The position numbers and the translations under genes were made by a program. From NCBI GenBank assembly GCA_021432655.1, contig MU271212.1, positions 62,001 through 126,000 of the forward strand: a stretch of DNA of 64,000 bases, read 5' to 3'. Below are positions 13,415 to 25,512 of this stretch, piece by piece. This DNA comes from Atractiella rhizophila (lineage: Eukaryota). Under the pieces are notes generated by a model. It saw only the letters and a list, made by a program, of their open reading frames with translations, was not told the origin of the DNA and did no database searches. Position 1 is the stretch's first letter. The number at the start of each line of letters is the position of its first letter.

Positions 13415-14713
13415 TCAGCTTTCCAAGAACCTGTTCCAGTCGAAGCTATGCCTATTCAGAGTCTTAACAACATCGAGATCCGCTCTCTCATTCGGAAAGA
13501 TGGGAATATCGGGTAGTGCATCATCTACGCCAGCAGTGGAGGATGCGGCAGAGAGGAACGAGAAGTCGTCAGCCGATGAAGTGACGGCTGTGCCATCTTC
13601 TGGAACGGGTGTCCACTCTCGGTACCCTTCGCCATCCCAGCAGAATCCACTGTCAGATCCCAAAAGACCGGGCACGTCTGCACTTGCTGGAAGTGGAGCG
13701 ACTGAGTTGGCTTCATCCGACGAGTCCTCAAAATTGAGCACGGGAAGGAAGGAGGTACGTGTGGGAGAAGTACCGAAAGGCAAGAAAAACGCTCTCGTGG
13801 GCGAAGCGCCAGAGGGTAGGAAGGTCACTCGAGTTGGAGAGGTTCCAAAGGGCGGGAACGAACGTTGAGTAGGAGAGAAGCTGCTGTGTGCGAAGGCGTT
13901 TGAGGAAGTAGAGTTGCTAAAGAGCATGTTGGAGAGTTGAAACCAGTCGTCATTTTTCAATGGCTGACTGGTTGAAGAAGGATAAGGAGCTGTTTGGATC
14001 TCATACACAGGTCCATGAGCAAGCGTCGTGGCATGAGACTGGACCGGAGTAGCGTAAGGAAGTAAGTCCACGGCTGCAGTCGATGCTGCATCCCAGAGCG
14101 GAGGGGCAATGGTCACAACCTCAGATTGTGATGCGGGATGTGAGGATGAAGTGGAAGCAGAACTTGAAGTAGAAGCGGTCGACTCTGATACGGCAGTTTG
14201 TGCTCGAGCTGCGCGTGCAGCTTTGACTGATGTGCGAGTTAGCCCAGTTGCTTTCTTCGACCCCTTCCTCTCCTTTCGCTGTGGACGATAGACGTATCCT
14301 ACATCATTTCCATGCACTTGAGCCTTAACTAGGGAGTTGAGGATGGATGGACAAACCAGGATACTTCCTCGCATGTTCTGCTGTTGCCTCGTCAGCTCGT
14401 CTCTGATAGTGCTCAAGTATACGTTTCAGCTCTGGAGGCGCATCCCGTCGCTTGCAATCGTTCCAGGCCTCTTGTGCCTCTTGTGCCTTTTTATCAAAAT
14501 TGATTCCTTCTTCAGAGGGCACCATGGTACGCTACCCAAACAAGTTAGCCCACAATCTAGCCGTGAGAGCGGGAGCATACGAGGTTGGCGATGAACTCGT
14601 TCTTAAATAAGAGGTAGCAGTTAAGTGCTAGGAACATGGTCTGGGTCATGCCTGTACCGGCCCTTCTTCCTTTGGGGTCTTGGTCTTGTAGTGGGAGGAG
14701 TTGAGGCAGACAT
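13415..14713 (-). CDS. HMG-box (SOX/MATA-HMG-like) transcription factor with an apparent frameshift at the start of the box
   Basis: Spliced reading: HVP[shift]LNCYLLFKNEFIANL / ..AQEAWN..LEHYQRRADEATAEHARKYPG / YVYRPQRKERK, followed by a Ser/Pro-rich tail (333-aa ORF). Confidence 0.75.
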
Positions 14714-15309
14714 TCCGACCAGGGAATGAAGAATTCAGGCTGGGGAGAGGCTTACACCAGCCTGTGATATATGGTGTGATGATCTGTCCTTGTTAAGAAT
14801 GCGTGCGAATCAGAGCAGTGAAGATCTTTATAAGTCGGCCGTCTTTGTTGACACAACTGAAAGGGACTTGATTGTTACATGGCACGCTTAGTCGGCGACA
14901 AAAGACTTTGCAATGGTTGTTGTAACAAGAGATTCCTGTGTGTCGTGGATGTCTAAGAAGAACGCAGTGCTTCACTTCCATTTCGTATATCAAAAACGTT
15001 GAAAGGGCTTAGGGTTTACATATTTGTCCTTATTTAACTTAAGTATACCTTGTCGGGTAAGGTACGGGGTATTGTTCACGTCTTCCAAGGCTGGAAGTCT
15101 TGCCACAGCTTGGATCCTTCCATCCGCAGTGTTAAGGATGACTCAGATGCGTCGGAATATTCTTTCCTTGTTCTTTGTTCTGCTGGTAATTAGGTTATGT
15201 TAGGCCGTAGTAACAGAATGCGTGTTCTTTGTCTTCCTGTTCTTTATCCGCAGACGTGGACTGGGTAAGCAAACCGCCGCCCTCTCAACCACCCGTCCGC
15301 CTGCTAACC

Positions 15310-15317
15310 TATATAAA
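15310..15317 (+). promoter_or_regulatory. Candidate TATA box
   Basis: TATATAAA about 40 nt upstream of the ATG at 15353. Confidence 0.4.
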
Positions 15318-15352
15318 CCCCATCTCTGTTTGAAGACTCAACAGCAGCCAGC

Positions 15353-16899
15353 ATGGGAAAGAAGAATAAAGAAACACCACCTAAACCTGTCGATCCTGAT
15401 AATCCGTATGGTGCGGTTCGAAATCAGAAGAGCGACTTGAAGCTTATTATTGTCTAGGATTCATCAAACAGCCCAAATTGATACCTTGGCCAGATCCCAG
15501 GTTTGAGGAACCGCATTTGGAATGGGTAAGTTTTAGCTTACGGCTCTTCTCGTGCTCACTTTCTTTGAAGGCAGGAAAGGAATTTGGTCCATATTCCGAT
15601 TTTGAGCCTCCTATTCCTCGTTCGTCTTCATCGCTCGTGACCATTACCAGAAACTGATATTCCGTCCAAAAGCGGAGTACAAGAAGACCTATGCGCAGAG
15701 AGAAGAGGAGGAAGCTATGTATCGGAAGAAGCCGTGGTTGAGACCAAGGCCTGGCCAAATTAAAGGTCCTTGGGATCATCTTCCTGAGGCGCAGAAGAAG
15801 CACAATCACAAGATCGCAATGTTCGTGATTTCCCACCTCTGAATTAGACGCTGACATCCCGTTATTTGATAGCTGCGAGTTTCTTGACTACATGTTAGCC
15901 TTTTATTCACTCATTTTACTCGAATTCAGCTAACGCGTTATTGTGACGAAGGGATCGCATCTACATCAAATATTACAAGAGTGGGTTCCCTTCTCCCTTT
16001 GCTCGTGCATTTAAAGGTCTTTTGACGTTCCGCCTGTAGTACATAAAGACAAGCGGCTTCGTAAGGGTCTCACCTGGCCAGCTGAAGCCCACCGTCCACC
16101 TGCAGATCCGCAATGGCGAAGCTATCCGTGCCCACTTCGCGGAGAGGCGGGGAGCGAGATGTTCGAGGAAGGGAGGTACAAGATTGGATACGAACGTGTG
16201 TGGAAGAAGGATTTGGCGGAGATGGAGGCAAAGGCGAGAGGAAGGGAAAAAGGAAAAGAAAGGAGCAGGGTATCAGGTCGTCAAGATAATGGACGAAACG
16301 AGTATGAAGCCGTCGACGCTCGTCATGCCCACTATGACGATTATGATGACGATGTCCCTGACGATGGGTATGCCCCAACGGATAGCTATGAATCTGGAAG
16401 AACCGAGTATCGGAACCCTCTGGATGCGAGACACGAGCGCTTCGATGCCTACCGCGAAGGCGAGGACGATAGACACAGCCCAAATGACAATTACGAACAC
16501 GCTCCATCTAGACACGAACATGCCTCTCCAAGACGCGACACGAAGTTTGACGACGATCAAGGCTACGAATTCGATGATATCGACCAACTCCGTGCTTCGC
16601 TAGAGCATCTTGGCACTTCTCAGTCCGGCTCTCATGGAAGCAGCCACAGACGGAGCAACTCGACTGGATACGGTACGGCGTCTACGTCTGCATCAGGGAG
16701 AAAGACCCTCCCTTCCAGCTACAACTACAGGCATAACCCTGCTCCACTGCAGCGAGGTTACAGTGCTGACGACGATGGGGTGGCGTATGGTGAGCGCCTC
16801 AGGAGCCCGGCACATTCCAGTAACAGACCGCAGCCTGGCGGGAGGTATTATCCCCACCCTGCTTACTCTACTTCTGGATATGGGCAACGTGGATATTGA
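15353..16899 (+). CDS. Hypothetical hydrophilic protein, multi-exon
   Basis: MGKKNKETPPKPVDPDNPY splices through about 6 GT-AG introns into frame with the 246-aa ORF 16159-16899 (D/Y/R/S-rich). Confidence 0.65.
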
Positions 16900-17669
16900 A
16901 GGTTCGTCCCAGAAGCCCAATCGTAGACTCGACAACGGTATTGTGTTAGGAAGTGAAAAATGTCTGTAAATATAACGTTTTCGCATGCAACGGATTCCTT
17001 CTGTGCTTTACTCTAAATAGATATGGTTTCGTTGCAGCGCATTAGGGACAACTTTCGACGTCGCCTTTATTCCTCTGGTTAATACTAATGCTGACAATAG
17101 TAAACAAACAAACAAGAACACTGAATCACTTTTCCGGCCGCATTGTGTTCAATTTGCGGTGAGATTATCGGACAAGTTTGGATACTTTGGAGGACTAGAT
17201 GCAATGGTCAGTCCTTTCCCACTTGGGAAGTCCACGCGCCATAGGCATTCTGCGTGTACTGGTTTGTGGAAAGGGAGCCATGACCGTGGTAGTGTGATTC
17301 CTTCTGTTGAAGACAACTTCACTGGAGCTTCTTTTTAATGCCTGTCACCTGCACAGACTGAAGATTGTGGCAACGAAAGAAGGTATCATTCAATCCATAC
17401 CTTCATCCTGGCATATTGTGAAAATAGAAGTATCAGCCATCCGTGAAACTGTCCTCAATTTTGTTTATCGGAGCTCTGAAAGCGGATGTGATGATTACTT
17501 CCTTTCAGCTCAGCCTCTGTCTAGGACAATTGCTGCTTTGCCTTAACTTTACGATCTAAATAAAGTGCCGAGTCACACGAGCTCGCACCTCAGTTCTGGC
17601 CAGGTTGTCTGGTCCGACTTTGCACCGCAAAGACTAGGTACACGAAATTGAAAAGTCAAAACATCAGCT

Positions 17670-18341
17670 TCAAAGGCAAGCCTGCTCTAGGTACTTTATA
17701 GTTTCTTTCAACTTCCTTTCTCGCTCGCTCAAGTGAAAGGGAGACATCCAGCTCTCTTCCTTCTCTTCAATTGCTACATGCACTCCCATTTCTTCGTCCC
17801 CCGGTTTCTGCCAAATCAGGCATTCGTTTACTCGTGCTGCTTTCACTGTTGTTGCACTATCGAAAGACTCGTGAGTCGGATCGACATCAATAATCCTTTC
17901 TGCCATGAGGCATCAAGGTCAGTGCCACTTGATAAAGAGGGAACTCGGATGCTTACCTGCATCAAGAGCACCAGTCACGGCATCGAACCAAATGCGGACC
18001 CAGTGCACCTTCATCTTTGCTGCCCTCTCCCTCACCTCCTTTTGGTGGATCCTTGGCAATCCTTCGTAATGTTCCAACGGCCACAGATCAAAAAGTCTTC
18101 CGAGCTCAAGCGAATAGAACAAAGAAAGATCCCATCGCTTCTCCCGTAGATACCCTCTCGCGCATTCATAGAGCGCGAAAGCGCGAAGGAGAGGATGGAG
18201 AGACATTCGGATGAGGAGAGTGAAGGCGTAAACGAATTCGTTCTCTTCTTCATATGACTGAAGACTTTCATATATGCCTAACTCAAACAGATCAAGAGGC
18301 TCGACATTGGGAAATGCAGGCAATTGCTTTCGGTGAACCAT
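17670..18341 (-). CDS. Hypothetical protein (two exons)
   Basis: The 140-aa and 78-aa ORFs join in frame through a GTAAGC..CTGAC..GGCAG intron (GALDA/ERIIDVD). Confidence 0.45.
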
Positions 18342-19149
18342 CGTCGAATCCTGCTTTCGACTTCTTCAGAAAGATATGGCAATAAGTAGCTGCTGTCCAC
18401 AGGTTTTTGAGCTGAATGTCTCCAGAACTGGAACAGCGGAGCTAATTCGAAGAAAGCGCCGGGATCAATATTAACAATTATTAAAGCTCATTGTTGTCCC
18501 CAGTTGCCCTTGTTGCTGCTGACATTGGGTTCTGATTCTAGAATCCCATTTGGAATATTTTTCTGCTTGTTGTCCATTGTCCATTGTCTTCATGAATGAA
18601 CTAAGAGGGACTTCGCAAACGACCGTCGTCCTCATCGTGTTCGTATCGACAGAAGGCAGTGCATGCGAACGACTGTGGGCGAAAGCGTCAATCTTGTTAA
18701 AGGTTGCTAATCTGATTCAGCTTTGGGAGTGGGAGTTTGTAAGCAAAGGAAAGTGGGTTCGCCACTACGGAGGAGCCGATTTCGAGTTAAGTTTCTAGGT
18801 TGTCTACGGGCCCAAGGATGGATGCAACAGAGGGAAAGGAAGACAGATTTTGCTCCACAGACAGAATTGGTCCTCTTCACATGGGACAGTAGACGGTCGA
18901 AAGATATATTGTGTAATACTGAGCATTGCATGTGTATATTGCACGAGCTCAAATGCAGGATTAAAGAATGAATGTCCGTTCGTGGAGTATGAGTGAGTAT
19001 GTGATATGCTATGTGAACGAATTTCTATGATTCCAATCTCTGATCGAAAGAGTTCCAAGGGATGAATATGTACGCAAACAGAAGCTGAAGTGTCCACTCA
19101 AAATCGGAGCAATAGGCATGGAGATGCTCGATATTCCAAGTCATGCCAA

Positions 19150-20688
19150 TCAGAAGAGCGCGGCGACGCCAGCTGCGAAAAGGGAAGTCATGGCTAGAAC
19201 GCCTCCGTATCTCTTCGCAGCTGACGAATCCTGGTCCTGTGCGGCTGGCGCATTGGACGATGCCGAAGTCGAGGAAGAGCTCGAGTTCCCCTCCTGCGTG
19301 CTCGCGACCTCATCGTCGCTCGTGTTGGCCATGTCCTTTCCACTGGCTGCCGTCACTCCAGAAGCGGTGAATCCGACGGTGGTCCACTTCGCGTTCGGTT
19401 GAACGGTGTACGTGTTCCTCTTACCAGTCAAGGCTTGGATGGCGTAGATCTTTCCAGCAGAAGTCAACTGGACGAGGTGAAGAGGGGAGGCGGCGTACGT
19501 GGCCAGTTTGTCTTTCGAGGTGGGGGCAGGGAGGATTTGGGTCGTGTTGATGAATGGAACGATACCTTCTGGCGCACCGGCGGAAGATCCAGCGACGGCA
19601 GGAGAGGTCCAATGCGTCAGGACGTAGGTGGAAGAGAAGTCATCGGGGATGAAGGCGAGTTGGCGTTGTGCCACTCCGGCTTTTTGGTAGAATGAGGTCG
19701 CTTGGCCGTGCGTGGATGGGAAGGTTTTGGTGCTGTCGAGTGTCTTGAAAGCTTGCGCCTTCTTCTGGAATGACGAAACTGTCGATACGTTATCAACCCT
19801 AGAGATACTAGGTGGTGGAGGAGAACGCACAGTGGACAACAAAGATATCTGCTTGGCCAGCCGAGGCGTCTCCACCAAAGATCATAAGATGGTTCTGGGC
19901 CTCCGCCATTGTAGCTTTAAAGTTCTGTTGGCCTATTAGCTCACGTATAGCGCCTCCAACAAAGGACTAACCGCTTTCTTTGTTCCACTGCTTCCCTGGG
20001 TGACCCATTTGAGCGTCTTGGTGGTCGCCTTCCCACTAAGGCTAGAGAAATCTAAGCTCTTCATCGTCGTCCCGTCCAAGCTGAAGAACACATCGGTGTC
20101 ATGATCCAAGATCGTGGCGGTGTTCGCGAAGTTGGGAATGTTGGAAGAGGAGACCTTTTGAGTGGACCAGGTGTTGGATGAGGGATTGAAGACGTAGGCT
20201 GTTGCTTGATTCGATTTGTCGGCTCCAAGGATGTAAATCAAATCTTTGGATTGGGAGAGGAAGCAGGAAACGGAGGTTCCGGTGAACGGCCTGCACAGCA
20301 CAATGAATAGATGTGAAGGTTGTCTGGATCATGAACTCACGGTCGTCCTTTGGTCGAGAGGGTCTTGGGAGTAGGAGCTGGACCATCCGAAAATAGCGCG
20401 GTCGCCAAAATGAAAATCGGTGAAGGTTAGACGGAGAGAGAAGAAAAGGACATGTTAGGTACTTTGAGGCAGAGAAAGGAAAACGAACAAGTCCAGCTAG
20501 CAGCTGCTCCCAAGTTGACGTCCTTGCTTCCACCAAAGACGTAGAGATTGCTCTCAGCGTCACTGCATCGGCAGCCCATTAGTACGAAGGAGGAAAGCAA
20601 GAATAGGAATGCACAAGACCACACAACTGCTCAGCCCTCTCACGGAGGCAGTCAAGGCAGAGAATAAAAGAAGGGCAGGGAGAATCAT
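19150..20688 (-). CDS. Secreted, probably GPI-anchored, kelch/beta-propeller-like cell-surface protein
   Basis: Signal peptide MILPALLLFSALTASVRG; kelch-like LYVFGG and AYVFNPSSNTWSTQ; Ser/Thr-rich stalk; hydrophobic C-terminus SSAAKRYGGVLAMTSLFAAGVAALF. Confidence 0.7.
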
Positions 20689-21135
20689 TTTCAGTTAGTT
20701 GGTTGCTCAGTAAAGAATGTAGGCCGACCAGGATTCTATCTAGGTCGATAGCTGGAAGAGTTGGGAGATATTGATGGGAGGTATTCGCTGAAGTAGGGTG
20801 AGGTATTCGTCGTTGCAGACTTATGCAGTGTGAAACACCTAAATTTATAAGTTCGGTTCCGGAAATAAGGACGCTCCCCAAAACAAGGCAGGAGTACTCG
20901 TCACATCCAAAATGGGAAGCACCTTGGGACTCTATTCTCCATTGGATGCGTAATAACTATGCTTGCTCTCTTTCCCCTGAAGCGCAGTGCCGCAGTGTGA
21001 GGAGAATACACGTTCGGTGAGGCGCGGGTTGGCGCATTAAAATTCCATCCGTGCGCGGACCCACGACCAACCACACAACTGAGCAACGACGAGAACTTCA
21101 ACTAAAAGCCAGCTCCAGAGCCTCGTTGGATCATA

Positions 21136-21714
21136 ATGGCACCACTCCTACGCCCACCCACCCGAATACCAGCCTCAGCATCTATTCTCCGCGCATTCCA
21201 ACAACCACTGCCCCCGTCTTATGCCAGCTTCCGACTGTCGTGTCTCAAGCTCATTCTCGTTTACAACCCAAAACATGACAGCTGGTACGTTAGTTCTTCT
21301 GCAACCAATTTCTTCTCATTGAATGTTCTTGGTTGGCTTCACAGTAAGCAACTCGAAAACTTTATAACCAACCCGAAATTCCTCGTCACCATTGCAAAAC
21401 AATATCCAGAAGTCGAATTCATCGTTCGTCCACGGACGAAGAGCATCACTCCATTCCTACGCGGCGTGTACTGTTCGTTGTCTCTCCTCACCTCTCAAAA
21501 CTGCTTCCTAACCGTTTCATTGTGCGGCACAGCTAACAATCGGACCAAGATGATTCAGGTTGGCAGGCTTGACCTGATGGGTATCAGGGAGAAGGTCAAG
21601 CTGATATTGGACTCGAGCGGTGATCAGCTCAAGGACTACGATAGGGCTACAGTGGAGAGTCAAACACCGAGCGTTAGGGGCATATGGAGTCCATTTCATG
21701 AGGAGTCTGCATGA
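21136..21714 (+). CDS. MRPL51: Mitochondrial ribosomal protein mL43 (MrpL51), copy A
   Basis: Motifs AKQYPEVEFIVRPR..PFLRGVY, LILDSSG, VESQTPSVRGIWSPFH; introns at 21285-21344 and 21473-21532. Confidence 0.88.
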   Translation: MAPLLRPPTRIPASASILRAFQQPLPPSYASFRLSCLKLILVYNPKHDSWYVSSSATNFFSLNVLGWLHSKQLENFITNPKFLVTIAKQYPEVEFIVRPRTKSITPFLRGVYCSLSLLTSQNCFLTVSLCGTANNRTKMIQVGRLDLMGIREKVKLILDSSGDQLKDYDRATVESQTPSVRGIWSPFHEESA

Positions 21715-21830
21715 TGACGTTTATTGCAGTTACCCGTTTGCTGTTTAATAACTTCTAATCAAAGTCGTTGTCCATTCATTCCATTGGCATCCGTCAAAGT
21801 CGAATTCCCGCAAAGTGTTTGGTGCCATTG

Positions 21831-24107
21831 TTAGCTCTTTCGTCTCATCCCAAACATAGACCTTCCACCACTCTTCGTAGCCTTAAGGTCCTTTTGATCC
21901 GCCACACTCTGCTCCATAATCTCGACCTCCTTCCTCTCAAACTCCTCCTTGACTCTTTCTCTCCATTGATCTTCCTTGACAGCCTTCCACCCGACAGCCG
22001 CTAGCCCTTTCATAGCAATAACTGCGCTCTGGTGGGCTTCAACACTCTTCGCCGCCTCTGCGAACTCTGGAGTGTGGTTAGCCGCCTTGGCCGGTATCAG
22101 GAAGCCCGCCTGCAATCCCGGTAAGGCGTAGCTGACGTCTCCGAAGTCTGTACTCGCTGATCCTTCCGTTGTAATAGAGACGGGGATGTCGTGGCGAGCA
22201 GCAAGGTAGGCTTTGTACTCTTCGCAGAGAGTGTAGTTGAGCTTCGTGTCTGACCACACCACATCAGCATCAGCATCTACTTCCAGTCCTCCAACACATA
22301 GAGGTAGTAGAATAGTAATCTCACCTTTATACTGCATCGCCCACCTGCTCTCAACTTGACATCCGCTCCCGTTCTCCCCTGCCTTTACACACCCTTCCAC
22401 CTTAGCCTTCAACTTCTCGAGCTCCTTCCAAGTCGGAGCCCTCATCCCGATGTCTATCCTCGCCTTCCCTGGAATGATGTTCTGGACGAATGGCGCCCCT
22501 TCCGGACTCTTGATGACGGAGTGCACTCGATGAGTAGGCGGAAGCTGTTGGCGCAACATGGCGAGCGAATTGTACGTCGTCACGGCCGCGTCGAGCGCGT
22601 TCACTCCTTCCCATGGCGCTAAAGCTATTTCATACCATCCCTTAGAACTTTTCACTGGACGGAGACAGGAAGAGAACACACCAGCATGTGCTGTGTGTCC
22701 AGTAAAATTAGAGACCAGTGTGGCCACTGTGGGTCCCGTCAGCGTTGTGGATGAAAGAGAGAAAAAGTGACTTTACCAGCTAACGACCCTCCTATACCAG
22801 CTACCTTCGGATCGCCTTGTCCTGGATGAGCCATGAGGCACCTTTTCACCATCAGTCCTCATCTTTACAAGTAGGGGGCTGCCGCACAAGTCCATGTCCT
22901 CATACTCCCCTCTTTCAAGCAGCTTGACTTTTCCACCGCCTCCTTCTTCAGCTACATCATGTGTATCAGACGGGGATGCAAGGAATATGAGGACTATAAC
23001 CTACCTGGTGTTCCTAGCAAGATACAAGATCCAGGAACGCCGAATCTTGCCATAGTGCTCGAGAGAGCGAGGAAGGCTCCGACGCCAACGATGGCGATAA
23101 GATTATGGCCTTTTCACCATCCCATTCAATAGGTCACCCCACCTCGCCAGGGAGGAGAAGGAAGATCTCGAGCCTACCGCATGCATGTCCAATACCAGGT
23201 AGCGCATCCTGTGGTATGAAGAATATCAATATCCAGTCATTCGTGGGGAGACGTGAAAAAGTACCATCTCGCTATTGAATCCAACGCGACCACCCTTTCC
23301 TCCTTCAGTTGGCAAGGCGTCGCTCTTGTATACCACTTTCCAGGCTGTTTCGAGGCCACCGGTGCCCGTGGTTATTGTGTACCCCTTTTTATTCCCCACT
23401 ATGGATCAAACATGGTTAGTTGCAGGCGTTGGAAGAAGACATAGAAGACTAGTGGGGGGTAATGAGTTGTCTGGAGGTTAACTAGCATGGTTAATTTTCT
23501 CTCTCCTACGTCTCAGAGTATCTATCATCTTCCATTTCCTACGGATAGTTGACGGTAATTTCATCATGAAAGGGTATAGGCTGCTCATGATGATTGCGTC
23601 CTATGCATCTCCAGGAGGTTTCTCGATGTCAAGAACTTGGCGTCCACCTGTGGCATAGAATCGCCAGACTATTGATAGATATGGCTTATACCTCAAAATT
23701 CGAACAAACAAGGGTCGATGACAGACATTGTTGAATCTGTCATGCTGCTTCAAATACCCAGCACAAGAATGTAAAGGATACAAAAGCGAAAAGAGTTCAA
23801 GTATCGAACGGAAGCCAAAAAAATTAAAATGACCAGACACACCTTGTTTCTTCATAAACTCGACCATCGCCTTCGCCGTCTTCCTCTCCTGCCATCTCGT
23901 CTCTTTATATCCATGAATCTTAAGCGACAAATTTCTCAGAGCCGGAGAAAGCTGATCCACCGCCTTCTCCAAGGCTTCTACCTGACCAAGAGGGCTCAAA
24001 GTCTCGTAAATCTTCGGAGTGTAGGACGGTGGTTCCTCTGGTGCTGCCTTCTCGTCGAGAGATGGTAGGGAACTTGAACGACGGAAAGCTGAGAAACAAG
24101 ACGGCAT
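21831..24107 (-). CDS. M20 family peptidase/amidohydrolase (PM20D2/Acy1L2-like), copy A
   Basis: Motifs FNSEMDALPGIGHACGHNLIA, LLGTPAEEGGGGKV, APWEGVNALDA, GSASTDFGDVSY, ANHTPEF; 444-nt first intron at 23399-23842. Confidence 0.92.
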
Positions 24108-25058
24108 ATCGAACTTTTCGACAAAAATCAACGAGGGAGGGGAGCCTGTACTGGTGAGCCTGAGTTCTTGAGGGACAATAAAGTAATCAAGCACGCAGGA
24201 ATGCTGGTCAATATCGCGTCATTTCTCCGACCACGGGAATGCGCCAATAAATACGAGCAAACATGTCAAAAAAATTTCCAGACGACCAGTCAGGACAAGT
24301 CGAGACGACGAGAGAGGCGAGAAGAGGCATTGGAGGTTTGTCAGGAGGATCGTTCATTTAACACTAATCGTTGCACAGTGTATGCAATGACTAGCTAAAT
24401 AAGCTGATTTGGTGAGCTTTTGTCAACATTTTATCAAAATTGGTGAGGAGAAGATGAGCAATATACGTCTTGCTGCATATCCTTCCGAGAACCTCCCAGC
24501 TCTTGAGTTGGCTAAACTGAGGATACTCCTATCTAGACTCGCGTCTGATCTTACCTGATAACATTTTTCCTTTTCCAAGACTTGATGAACTGATTTCTTT
24601 TGTGTCAATAGGAAAGAATTTATGGTTTAGACAGGGCACAGTCTGCGTGTCAGCAATCTGAGTGGAGTGTATAAAGGAACAACAATTGTATGGTAGCAAA
24701 ATGTTTGATGCAATATGTGTGAGCAAGGTTGAAAAATTCAGCTCTTAAATTGTGGCTGTCTCATGTCTCATGACTTCCCTCGAACAGCACACATCAGCAT
24801 GCTAAACTCGAATTTCTGTTTGTTCTGTCCAAACCATAATAAATATCGTACTGACAGCTTGCCGTGAAGCTTGCCTGAAGGATTGGAGTCACCCATCTTT
24901 CGCAGACCTTTCACTGAGTACTCAGTGGGTGGATGACTCCTCCTCGACCGCATTTACTCTTACTCTCCCAAACCCACCAGAGTGTTTCCAGGCGTTTCTT
25001 TCTGTTATAATTACCCTCTCCCGCCACTTCCTTGTCTCTACTCTTCTCTTTACGATTC

Positions 25059-25512
25059 ATGATGAAACGATCAAGCACCCCTCCACCAAACTTTCCAAAC
25101 AACAGCTCTCTTCTCCACACTCTGGTTTCATCCCCTTCTTCGCTGGTAAAACCAAGACGACGTGTCTCCTCCCACCCAGTCTTTCCCTCAGCACTTCCCT
25201 CTTTCGAGTCCATCACACGCAGCGCAAGCGCTCAAGCAACCATACTCAAACCGCAGCGAGAGCCAGAACGCACACAAACCCTTGAGGAAGAACTGGACGA
25301 AATATTGGCTGAGGCTGAGGTGCCAGCCAGCGTCCATCGGCGGAGCAGCAGTACCACGTCACAAGGAGACTCCGAGCCCCGTTCACGCTCCAGCTCAACT
25401 TCAACACGGCAAGTGACGAAGAAACCGGCTGAGGCGTTCGAACTCTTCCGAGCGATCGAGAAGAAGGATGTGATGCGCATCATGGAGATTCGAGACACCG
25501 CTTTCCCTCTCC
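25059..25512 (+). CDS. Conserved fungal hypothetical protein, copy A, 5' part; the remainder lies in the mirror block
   Basis: MMKRSSTPPPNFPNN..AFELFRAIEKKDVMRIMEIRDTAFPL continues in frame as LLSLKSGLSPLTYSMRIG only when 30993->25513 is read backwards. Confidence 0.75.

Noticed and set aside
13260..13868. Long antisense ORFs (also 40969-41835 and 60521-61312)
   Set aside because: They are shadows of genuine genes on the opposite strand.
13415..14713. Mating-type locus
   Set aside because: Only an HMG-box gene is seen; there are no homeodomain pair, pheromone precursors or STE3-like receptor nearby.
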